DNA of 64,000 nt from Chara braunii (Eukaryota; Plantae; Charophyceae), in contig BFEA01000025.1 of NCBI GenBank assembly GCA_003427395.1, positions 1,616,888 to 1,680,887 on the forward strand, given 5' to 3'. Under the pieces are notes generated by a model. It was given only the letters and a program-made list of their open reading frames with translations, was not told the origin of the DNA and ran no database searches. Made by a program: the position numbers and the translations under genes. Positions 51,709-63,100 of this stretch are shown here, in pieces (position 1 is the stretch's first letter; each line of letters starts with the position of its first letter).

Positions 51709-52047
51709 CTCTTGAATAGGTAGCTTTCCAGCTTCAGGTTTAGAGCTGCATTTCCACCGAACTCAAAGTATACTTCCGGAAAATCCCTTTCTAGCTCTGA
51801 GGCATTGCGGCTTGCTTCTTTGAAGCAGATATCATCATACCGTGGATCAGGTCCTTCCCCTTGGGTGAGCTTGACTTCATTCTTTACCTCTCTCACGAAG
51901 AAAGCGTACTCCCTCGTTGGCAAGTAGGTGAACGTCGATCGACTATCAACGATTGTTCCGACGCCATCCAGGTCCACATCTTCCGTAATGCCGAGTCGCT
52001 GTGATCCCACTCGTATAGCCTCCAAGTGGACGCTGTAGTATGGTGAA
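51709..52047 (-). pseudogene. Isolated exon of a plant A1 (pepsin-like, TAXi_C) aspartic protease
   Basis: SPYY...GTIVDSRSTFTYLP...GPDPRYDDICF...FPEVYFEF...YLFKR, bounded by acceptor (taacag) and donor (gttggg); catalytic DSG reads DSR. Confidence 0.85.
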
Positions 52048-52438
52048 CTGTTACAGGAATGAAAATTTTGGACCAAAGGTGTGAGAGTTTGGTTCAAACT
52101 TTGCTCCAAGAATGAAATTCAAGCTTGGGCTTCCTGTCATAGAAAGTTGTTATTTTATCAAAAACTTTAGACTTCGCCGCACCGCTCTTGACAAAACGAG
52201 TTTCGAGAGTAGTGCTCCGCCACACTACCTCTCGAAAACCAAAGTGCAAAACGAAATCACAAGTTGTCAGTGATTCCAGTTCTTGAGGCCCCTCTCTCTT
52301 GAAACTCACCTCGGCCCCCAGTATGCAACAAACTCGATTTCGAGTCCTCTTGCTGACCCTCGAAGACCTCTCCGTTTTCAAGAGGTACCTTGAACGTGAC
52401 AAATGTTTCGGGAAAGTTTCATTGATTCTCTATGTAAC

Positions 52439-55160
52439 TTTTTTTTTTTTTTTTTTTTTTTTTCTTACCGGCAGAGCCGCTAGCGGTGGTGATAAGAACA
52501 TCCACCACTAGCAGGCCAGCTACAAGCTCCATTCTATTGGTGGGGAGCTGCACCTGCTGGAAACCGGGTCCATCGTCCCTTAATACATATAAATCTGGTT
52601 CATAACTTTGAATGAAGTAGCAAGAGAGTGAGATCCGCCTCTTCAGCCAAAACTTAGGCCGCCAGATACTTATATTAAAACAAGCAGCACTATCTCCTAA
52701 CTTTACTCACTAGTGAGAAGTAGGAGTCTAAAAATCAGGAAATGAAATCTTAATTCTCCCCAAAATTTCACCATGTTGCTAGGCATCTAGAGATCAATCA
52801 CGAAGAAAGCACATGGTTCTTTCGGGATTAAACCGTATTACAAGGCGTATCATTGCAAATCAACCAAAGCCAAGTCCTAGGGAGGGAAGGGATCAGGAAA
52901 GCATTCTGATGATCTGAGTGAGGCTCCTGGTGGAAGTAAAAACTAATCTTTGAAGCACAGATGGAAGTCTCTCTTTAGGGGTTCCCCCTGTTTTTCCTTT
53001 CCCGGTCATATCACTTCTCCCAAACTTCCTCCTTCGGTTCCCCCCAGCCAGTCTTGATTGAATTTTTGAATACAATGGATGATACTTTTTTTTTGATAGA
53101 GTTGTTGTATCTTAGATCGAACCGTTAACCAGTTCAGCAAATTCCTTTCCTTCTAATTTTACGTCTTTTCTTTCACGTACACACCTTTTGTACCACAATA
53201 CCCATAGAATGACTTTCCGTCCTATAAAAAAAAAAATCGTCTGAAATTTTGTAGGCCGTGTTTTCACTGGTATCCATTGGCCCAAGAGAATGGTTTTCCA
53301 ATCCCATAGCCAGTCAATACCCGTCAATCCCCTCCACACACAGTTCCATCTTTTTCAAAGTAGAACCGTACATGGGCATTGAATGAACACATGCTCAATT
53401 GTCTCTCTGATCTTCTTATGGGGAAACACAGATAGGCATGCTTTGCACCATGGAAATGCCAGACCACGTTGTTCCAAATTCGTGTGATCAATGAGCCAAT
53501 CATTAGTTGGTAAGCAACGATGAAGAATTTGCCATTGTAAAGAGGAAAACTTGGTTGGTCGTTTTTTTATTTTATTAAAGAAATATATGTTTTTGATGCA
53601 TTGTGCGTTAATATTCAGATGTCTGGTCCATCGATCCCTTATTACAGACGACACATTCACCCATGGTCTCAACAAACGATACTCTGCCTTCACCGTAAGA
53701 GTTTGCAGAGTACGAGGTTTACTCTTTTTCCCCGTTTGCCATACCTATTCGTTTGGATCTATGGGAAGGTCCGGAATTGGGCATTGCGGGTAAAAAGTCC
53801 TCCATCCGGTGGTTGCTGACATAAAAATAACTCTAATCCTAAACATTTCCTTGAAGGGAAAGAACTCAACTGGAGTGGTTGATGAAGGACAGAGTAGGTG
53901 GTTTGTTGTTGTTTTGAACATGACCACTAAAGCTCCTTCTTTTAATAGACTCATTATTTGCCCTACCTGCCAGCATTCTGGGTTGTGTGTCATTACAAAG
54001 TCTCCTTCCTGAAATCTTACTCCTTTTCTTACTTCTCTAACCTATGTCAGGGGGATAGAGCAAATGATATGGCCCAGATTTTGGTCTAATCTGTGCGCGT
54101 ATGTAATTGTTTTCTTGAGTTGATCAGACGACTTCCACTCTTTTTTTTCCAGGTCCCAAATGTCTTTGACCCATATTCCCTTTTTTTTCACCCACTGAGA
54201 CCAGGGAGGAGTACAACTATTGTACACAACCATTAACGTTCGTTATCCATCTATTCCCAAATAGAGGTTGCCTCAAGATTTCTTCAAAGCGTATCGGTGT
54301 GGGTTTATCTGGAAGAGGTAGTTTTCTCCATATCTTCGGTAGGGACACTCATAGGTTATCTAAGAGTAGATCCCTACAGACTGCGCCTCTTTCCCCTTCG
54401 AATTTTGAGTGCGTAGAAGGACGAGGGAGGTTCCAAAATATGTTTTCTACCCAAGTAAGGGGATGTACTTCAGGTGGTGCTATCGGCGCCAGATTCCTAA
54501 TTTGTTGTAGAGCCAAAGGTTGCCAAGGCTTGTCAATACCTGGAATGAGATCAATCATCCATTGTAGTGACAAGGCATGACATTGTAGGGTAGGGTCCAA
54601 GATTCCTAACCCTCCCCTAGATTTTGGTTGAATAAGGGTAGACCATGCTACTCTAGGAATAACTCTCTCTAACTCATGATTCCCTCTCCAAAGGAAGGCC
54701 GACACCTGTTTTTGGAGGTGCTTAATTCGTGGTTTACTAATTGCCCAAATTGCTGATTTGTACCATATTGAAGCAAGAACCACATTATTTATTACTAGTG
54801 ATTTGCCAAAAAGCGAGGTGTGTTGATTCTTCCATTGACTCATCTTTTGTATGACATGCTTTGAAATCCACTCATCATTGGATTTAGTTTTACCAGAGGC
54901 AGACAAAGATACTCCCAACACTCTCAGAGGGGGCTCCAGGGGCAACCATTGTACCTTGGGGACTTCAGGCGGGCGAACACCATTTGAATGGATCCACTAT
55001 CCTTGTGTTTTACTTTCCCAATTAACCACCATGTCTGAGAGTGCCGATAATTTATCCAACATATTTTTTATTTCTTCCATATTTGCCGCTGAGGCCTCCA
55101 TTATGATCGTCATATCATCCGCAAACATTGAGCCTAAAGTCCCTTCTTGTTTTCCCTGAA
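52439..55160 (-). mobile_element. 5'-truncated L1/Tx1-type LINE (RT C-terminal half, zinc-binding domain, 3' UTR, poly(A))
   Basis: MFADD, RVLGV, GKSLVINNV, PKSRGGLGI, WQILHRCLPT, CKAC...ETIEHVFIQCP; T-run 52439-52463. Confidence 0.92.
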
Positions 55161-55325
55161 GTCCAAATTCCAGTTGTACTGTTGCCTCTCTCCAATTGCA
55201 TCAGGAAGTCCCACATTGTGTCTCGCCACCACACACACACACACTAGCAACCTGGTCGGGTCTATTGTCGACCCTACACAACCCTGCCAGGTGGGAGCAG
55301 CTTCCCTTTCACCACACTGCCCCAC

Positions 55326-55385
55326 TTAACCCTAACTTTCTGCCCTAACCCTAAGTGGTTAACCCTAACTACTTAGGTTACGGTT
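55326..55385. repeat. Short degenerate telomere-like (TAACCC)n patch
   Basis: taaccctaa, ccctaaccctaa, taaccctaa. Confidence 0.45.
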
Positions 55386-55443
55386 ATGGGGGCAAAGTCA
55401 ACTCTCGCCGCTAAGTAGAATCTGCTCTGCTACCAATGTTACA

Positions 55444-56700
55444 ATCCTGCCAATTTCGAAGTACACATTCATCAGAAAGCACAATGTCGTCCAATTGCAA
55501 AAAGAAATGAATGAACTTGAGAGAAGAGAGAGGGAAAGAATAAGAAGAAGAAGAAGAAGATGAAAGATAGAAGAAGAAGAAGATGTACACCACCAAAGAC
55601 CAATGAGAATTCGTTCTTCGTCACCAACCACTCTCCTCCTCCTTGTCTCCTCCCCTTATATTCAAACAATAAATAACAATAATAATGTTGAATGGCTGAA
55701 CCAAAATTAATGTTTGAATCCCTCTTCTATCACAGGTACAACATGAGGTTCACCACAGTCATGGTCACCCTTCTTCTTCCTCTTCATGTAGACCACGGCT
55801 ATGGCTGACTACTAGGGTCTCGCCCTGCTGTGCAAAGGACAACACAAAGCAGCTATGCTCACTGCTGTTCAGGCTGCCATGCCTAACCCCGCCTTGAAGC
55901 CTTTTTGGTGCGGTGCAACCCCAACTGGTTACCTTGCCACTCTCCTCCTCAGTCCTCTTCTCCCTCCTCCTACCAGTAGAGCTCCTCCATAGCCGAGGTG
56001 GGAGCTCCTCGTCTCCTTCCTCCTAGCAGCTCTGAAGTGCCCAACGGTCCTCTAGCCAACGCTCCAAGTAGTGTGTCGCCAAACTCGCACACCGAAGAAT
56101 GAGGAGGAGCACTTTGCTCCTCCTGGAGATATAGCGGCCTACTTGCCTCTCGGGCGGTGACTTCCTAGGCCGCATGGCCTCCAGGAAAGCGGTACCTCCT
56201 CCTCCCTTTCGGAGGGACTCTGATATTGCCCGTACAGGCCCTAGACTCAGACTTGTTGGACTGGTACCCACCTAGACCTAGCGTACAACTACTGACCTGT
56301 AAAAATGCCAACTTCTGTCTTCTTCTGCTCGTCCTCGAGTACCCGGCACATTTACTTCTACGTAGTGTGGTACCGCCCTACCTGCTACTTGAGTGTTTTC
56401 CCGCTGCCCTAAGTGTCACTGGCCTCGTGCCCCGCCACTTGAGTGTTTTTCCCCCGCTGCAACCCTCAATGTCATGGCCACAGGTAAGTACCGGCCCTAC
56501 GGGCCTCCAAGCAAGCAAGTACCCTTGCGGGCCACACACACTCAGGCCGACCAGCACTCAGACAGCACACAGACCATCAAGCACGCATACACACACAGAC
56601 TTAGAAAACTCAGCAGAATGCGGGAATCTCAGCAAGGCATCCATTCCAGCGGCAGAACCTAGAAATCAGCAGTGCTCTCAAGTCTGTGTTTTGGGGGGTC
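55444..56700. repeat. Copy A of a ~1.2-kb diverged direct repeat
   Basis: Collinear with 58196-59310 (caatttcgaagtacacattcatcag, gttgaatggctgaa, gtgtgtcgccaaact, gtacaggccctagactcagac, ggccacaggtaag). Confidence 0.9.
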
Positions 56701-57182
56701 ATTACAGAATGAAAGATCACCGGCGCACCTTGTACTACATAACCATGCAGCTACGGCATGTCTCAAGCATGACAGGAAAAACATTTACCAGGGCATTTTC
56801 TGGTCTCATTGCTACCTGGCGACAAAGTGCCCATCCCCTGCGGACAACACAGGCACATAAGGGAAGCAGACTACAACAACCAGCAGACAAGACAATAGTG
56901 CATCACCAACAAACACAGAAGAAGGGGGGAAGGCATGACAACGAAGTCGAGGTGCAGAGAGGCAAGGCGTTGTTGGATGACAAGTCACAACAAGGCACAT
57001 AGACTGAAGTGCACACGGGGGAAGCCAGAAATTAACACAACACATAGGTTGGAGGGCACGGGGGAGGCTGGAGGGAAGACAACACACAAGCACGTCAGGG
57101 AAATGACAACAACCAGCATACAAGGAAAGTACCTAAACCAAAAAAACTGAAAAAATAAAAATTGATGATGATAGATTGTTCC

Positions 57183-57203
57183 AGCAGCACTAACACTGGT
57201 GGG

Positions 57204-57234
<31 letters not shown>
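57183..57234 (+). mobile_element. Very short LINE 3'-end insertion with poly(A) and 16-bp TSD
   Basis: cactaacactggtggggg matches the LINE 3' terminus at 60189-60207 (reverse complement); TSD gatgatagattgttcc (57167-57182) and gattatagattgttcc (57235-57250). Confidence 0.85.
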
Positions 57235-57236
<2 letters not shown>

Positions 57237-57240
57237 TTAT

Positions 57241-57296
57241 AGATTGTTCCGTTGGAGTTGCACCGACTCATCAGGAGGCTGGACCCTCGACAATCT
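57241..57296 (-). ncRNA. Type III hammerhead ribozyme (one core substitution)
   Basis: AGATTG-TC-GAGG gtccag CCTC-CTGATGA-GTCGG tgcaact CCAAC-GGAA-CAATCT: three stems, GUC cleavage triplet, CUGAUGA core; GAAA reads GGAA. Confidence 0.8.
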
Positions 57297-58116
57297 GCAG
57301 AGTCTCCATATCGGATGGTTTGGGTCATGACCCCTTTGACCCATCTTGAAGGCAGAATGTTCCCAAGTGGAACATAGGAGCGGGCAGCAACCCTGCGGAG
57401 CACCAGGCAACGCATTAGACTGAGTAGAGGCAACATGGCTGCACAACGCTGAAAACGACTGCAAAGAACGACACGGTACGCAACACGGCAACCAGGCAGT
57501 GAAGCACAAGGCAACACCACCAAGGCAACAACGTTGCAAGGGACGACCAGGTGAGTGGATGAGCAGCACAGCAACCATGCGGTGAAGCACAAGGCAAAAC
57601 CAACAAGACAACTGAACTACAAGGTGTGCAAGCAAAGGACACAGAAGGCACGCCCAGCAGAAGGGCGGCAAGGCTGCGCAACAACGAAGCACAAGGCAAC
57701 ACCAACAACACGGCCACACCACACAGCGAACACAGCAGCTCGCAGAGAAGTTGAGGAGAATCACATGCGAAAGCAAGCGGGACAGGCAGCAAGGCAGCGG
57801 TGGAACACAGATGAGGCAGTCCACATATCCAACACGGAGCGAAGCGGCACATCACCTACTCACATCACGATTGAACACCTCAGACTGTTGGTTCCCACCA
57901 CCCGTTGAGCCAGGGAGTCACTCAGATGAACATCCCTCATCCCCCGCAGAAACCACAGACATCCCAAACTGAGCGGCCCCCCTAAGAGTGCTCTAGGCAC
58001 TCCGAATGAGGAATGATCGACTGTTTGGCACTGATAGAGGGTGCTCAGCTAGGGACCCAAAAAGTACTTAGAAAAAAATAGGAGAAAGGGGAAAAAACAA
58101 ACATACCAGAAACTGA

Positions 58117-58155
<39 letters not shown>

Positions 58156-58195
58156 TTTTTTTTTCCTTGTTTACGCATCTTTTCTTTTCGTTATG

Positions 58196-59310
58196 ATCCT
58201 GGCCAATTTCGAAGTACACATTCATCAGATAGTACAATGTCGTCCAATTGCAGAAAGAAATGAATGAACTTGAGAGGAGAGAGAAGGTAAGAAGAAGACG
58301 AAGAAGATGATGTACACCAGCATAGACAAATGATAAAGCTCTTCTTCCTCACCAAACACTCTCCTCCTCCTTCACTCCTCTCTTATTCACACAAGAAATA
58401 ATAGTACAATGTTGAATGGCTGAATCAGAATCAATGTCTGAATCCCTCTTCTACTGCAGGTATCACTTGAGGTCCACCATAGCCATAGCCTATGGCTGCT
58501 CCAGCTCAGACCGCCATGCCTGACTCTACCTCGAAGCTTCTTGGTGTAGCTCTACCCCAGCTGGGGTCTTCCTGCTGCAGCGCCCACCCAGGTGATGAAG
58601 ATGGCTGCCACCATAGCCATGTAAGTGCCTCTGACGCTCCCCCTACCTCCTGCTCTTCTTCCTCCTCCGTGTCCTTGCTCCTTCCCCAGCAGCGCTGCTC
58701 TTGCTAGCGCTGCTCCAGCCAGCGCCCCAACCAGTGTGTCGCCAAACTTGCACACCGACAACGAGGCTGGGCTCTTCGCCCGACCTGGAGATATAGCAGC
58801 CTGCTTGCCTCTTGGGCGGTGACTTCCAGACCGCTCGGCCTTCCCAGCAACCGGTACCTCCTCCCTTTCAGAGGGAATCATCATTGCAGACTCTGATATT
58901 GGCCGTACAGGCCCTAGACTCAGACTGGTTGGACTGGAACCCGCCTAGACCTAGCCTACAACTACTGGGCCTCTCAAAATGCCACTTTTGTCTTCTTCTA
59001 CTCGGCCTCCAGTACCCGCACACCTACCTCTTCAGGGTGGGGTACCGGCCTACCTGCTACTTGATTGTTTTCCCCCGCTGCAATCCTCAATGTCACGGCC
59101 ACAGGTAAGAGGGCCCAACGAACGAACAAGTGCCCTTGTGGGTCACACACACACTCAAGCCAACCAGCACTCAGACAGACACACAGACCAGCAAGCGTGC
59201 ACACACACACAGACATGCAGAACTAAGTAGCAAGCGGGAAACTCAGCAAGGCATTCAGTCCATGAGCAAAACTCAGAAATCAACTGTGTCTCAGTCCGTG
59301 TTTGGTCGGG
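58196..59310. repeat. Copy B of the ~1.2-kb diverged direct repeat
   Basis: Collinear with 55444-56700. Confidence 0.9.
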
Positions 59311-59336
59311 TCATCACATTTTTCTTTTTACAAATT

Positions 59337-59466
59337 ACAATCAATCAAGCAATCAATGATCGATCAATCAGTCAATCAATCAATCAGCCAACCAATCAAT
59401 CAATCAGCCAACCAATCAGTCAACCAATGAAAAATCAATGAACCAATAAATCAATCAATCAATCAA
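59337..59466. repeat. (AATC)n degenerate microsatellite
   Basis: Directly visible. Confidence 0.85.
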
Positions 59467-60171
59467 TTTGTTTGTTTGTTTGTTTTAAATCGCACCAACC
59501 CAAAGAAGAAAAAAAAAGTTTCTATTTTTTTTATTGTTTTTTTCGTTTGGGGGGGTACCTCGCTACTCCATCAAAGNNNNNNNNNNNNNNNNNNNNNNNN
59601 NNNNNNNNNNNNNNNGAAAGCCCCAGAATGGGCACGTATGGCCCGTACGTTGGCCCGGGGGCCATACGGACGGCCCGTATCCGTATGACGGGCAGACATA
59701 GCTCTATGGCACTGGTTGGTTGGCCAGCACCTCCCACGGAGCCTACGTCTAATCCTCCTCGGAGAAGACACTCCTCAGTCCCAGCAATGGGACGCATTTG
59801 CAGCAAATCTGTTCTCCTACAGAAGACTCATGATGTTGATGCTGGCCTGGAGAATGCACTGCTCCCACGAAAGAGACAGGTGCTTCTTTGGCTTCCCACA
59901 AGCTCAGGAGGCAATGATCACAACAATCAACAACCATACCCAAACGTCCTAGAAGCAATTCAACAAGTATATCAGGGAGGCAAAGGGCCAGTGTGAGAGG
60001 CAGCAATGCAGGGACCTGTTCGAGGCTATTTGGTCGGGCAAGAACAGGACCTTAGATACACTTGATGACCAGAATAATTTGATCTGGTACAGGTGGGTGG
60101 CAGAGGAACCGGCACGGGAAAACCTCCCTCTGTCTCACTTCAGGGTCCCATATCAGGAACAAAACTCTGTC

Positions 60172-63100
60172 CTTTTTTTTTTTTAAACACCCCCACCAGT
60201 GTTAGTGGCGCTGATAAGAGCAGACACCACTAGCACCTGGGGAGAGGCTCCGTCTATTGGTGGGGAGCATCACCTGCTGGAAATCGGGTCCAGCGTCCCT
60301 TATACAGACTGAATTTGAGATACATCAGAGAAGATTGTGGAGCGTTCCTGCCAGCATTGATTACCCTGGGAACTAGGGGATTGACTGAGCAGGATAGTGG
60401 AGGGAAGGAGGAACCTCTTCACCTTGAATCCAGCGCTAGATACACAGCTACACACTAGTTCCTACCTCCCCCTGAACCATATTTACTTCGCCCTTTTTAC
60501 AATGACAAGTAGAACAGAAGGAGTACACTTGTAGTGTGCCAGGAACCTCTTCACCCTGGGCCGGCACCAGAAACCCCCTGAGCACACCTGCTCTACACTC
60601 TAGTTCCTCCGTCCCCCACCATTTGTTATGCGCATAGATCTGCAATTACAATGAGCACCGACTTGAGGAATAACAGAACGAGACGCCAACTATGCAACAG
60701 ACTGAGTTGCCCCGCCTTTGTAGCCACCTCCTCATAATTTGGGGCCGTCATCCATTACTGTTGTCCAAACCATTGTCTTTCTACGATGTCTGTGGCTGCC
60801 GGGGGGAACATGTCTGGGAATTCCTCGGGACTCTTCATCGGAATACTAGGGTCGACCTGCATCCAGTCACAGAACCTGAGCTTGTAGTCTTTCGTGAAGT
60901 CCCTTAGTCCCTTCTCATCCCCCTTCTCCCCGGGCCATTTGACCTGCACCATCCTGCCCCCCCTTCCCCCCCCCCCAACCATTCTAGACAGAAGGTTTGG
61001 ATTTCCTTAATTATGTCTAATTTTTGTTAGAGAATTTTCGTTTTTTCCTGAACACGTTTCCATTGTGCTCTTATTTCTGTTTCAATGAATTGCTTAACAA
61101 AGTCCGCCACTTCACCATCCTCCATCCTGGCCCCTTCTTTGTAGAAAACACACCTTGACCACAGAGTCCAGATCATTGCCTTCCTGGACAAAGAAAAAAG
61201 GTTGTTGGGAAAACAGGATACTTGTGGCCTTCTCCACTCCCCTAGAAGAAGAGCTTCCAATTTCCATGGCCACTCCTTTTTAGTGTCCAGCTGAGACCAA
61301 ATGCGATCCCACCATCGCCACAGTAGGACCGCCCCTGGACATTGGAGAAAAATGTGTTCTATTGTCTCGCATATTCTTCGGCTCGGGAACCCAGCATAAC
61401 AAGATTTACACCATAGGAGTGCCTTCCCCCCTCTATTCTAGGTTTGACCTGTCTATAATCTAGTTGTTGGTGGGGAGGCACCCGTGACAGATTTGCCACT
61501 GAATGGAGGTGAACTTAGCCGGTCTCTCTTTCACCCTTCTGAACCATTTCAGTCCTCTAACTTGGTCCTTATGAAGGCCGTGTTTCTGCCACCTGTCACC
61601 AACTCTTGCCAAAACATCGACCCGGGGCCTAATCATCTTATAGGTGGCTTTTACAGGCAATTCAGAGAGATGAATAGTGTCCATTCCATCCCCTTGCCCA
61701 TTGCCAATCCAGAAGGTCCAGGGCTAAAGCAAACAGGGGAGTTTCTGGTCGGTAAGCACGCCATTGAGTTCTCCCTCCCTTATGGCTCTGCAGGACCCAG
61801 ATTCGGTAGAGGTTGTTATTCACATGCCATTGGACCGAGTCAGGGTGGTATCGGACCAAGGTATCATTTTGTCTTCTTTTAAATAGGTTTACCATAGCCC
61901 CTTCCGATCTAGCCTCCACTACCGTGCCTATTTGGAGAGGGAAGTCCGCAACCCTTACTGCCACCCAATCTTGTTCTTGTAATCTCGGGCCCTTCCTCAA
62001 GATCACCACCCGGGCAAGGGGGATCGAAAATATCAACAGATCCAAGGTGTGGGCCAACTTGCGGGCATGGCGCAGGCAGGGACGTAGTTGCTGGGTCGTT
62101 TTCCAGTCTATGGTTGTCTCATTCCATGTACCACCTACGCGGAGAATTCCTTTTCTGACCCATGAGGCCCAACGAGGGTCCGAGCTACCGAACACCCGTC
62201 CTTGCCTATCCGTAAGTGCCCTGTTCCCGAAGAGGGGTTGACGTAGGATCTCCTCCCACCGTTCCGGGGCCGGCCTGTCCGGGATCGGCAGCTTCCTCCA
62301 GTTCTTGATCGGGTCGTTCCATAACTGATCCTTGGTCAGGTATTGTCTAGCTGCTCCTCTCTCCCTTTCCTCTTTGAGGACAAACTGTGGCGGGGGATAG
62401 ACCAGTACCAAGCCATGTGAGGGGGTCCACTTTAACAATTGTTCTTGGTGCAAGTCTGCGGATTTGTTCTACGGCCAGGTCCCGCCACAGAGGGTGTACA
62501 CCGGTGATCAATCTCTTGATCCATTGGAGTGATAGTGCGGTGGCTTGTAACATGGGGTCCAACAAACCCAGTCCTCCCCTGGTTTTGGGCTGGATCAGCT
62601 TGTCCCATGCCACCCTATTTATCACGTTTTCTTGCTCATGATCAGCGTTGTCACGCGGGGATCCCCGAGGCCCAAGCCGAGGTAGAGGTTTCACTTCCGG
62701 ACCCCCACCGTGGGGCTACCCNNNNNNNNNNNNNNNNNNNNNNNNNNNNNNNNNNNNNNNNNNNNNNNNNNNNNNNNNNNNNNNNNNNNNNNNNNNNNNN
62801 NNNNNNNNNNNNNNNNNNNNNNNNNNNNNNNNNNNNNNNNNNNNNNNNNNNNNNNNNNNNNNNNNNNNNNNNNNNNNNNNNNNNNNNNNNNNNNNNNNNN
62901 NNNNNNNNNNNNNNNNNNNNNNNNNNNNNNNNNNNNNNNNNNNNNNNNNNNNNNNNNNNNNNNNNNNNNNNNNNNNNNNNNNNNNNNNNNNNNNNNNNNN
63001 NNNNNNNNNNNNNNNNNNNNNNNNNNNNNNNNNNNNNNNNNNNNNNNNNNNNNNNNNNNNNNNNNNNNNNNNNNNNNNNNNNNNNNNNNNNNNNNNNNNN

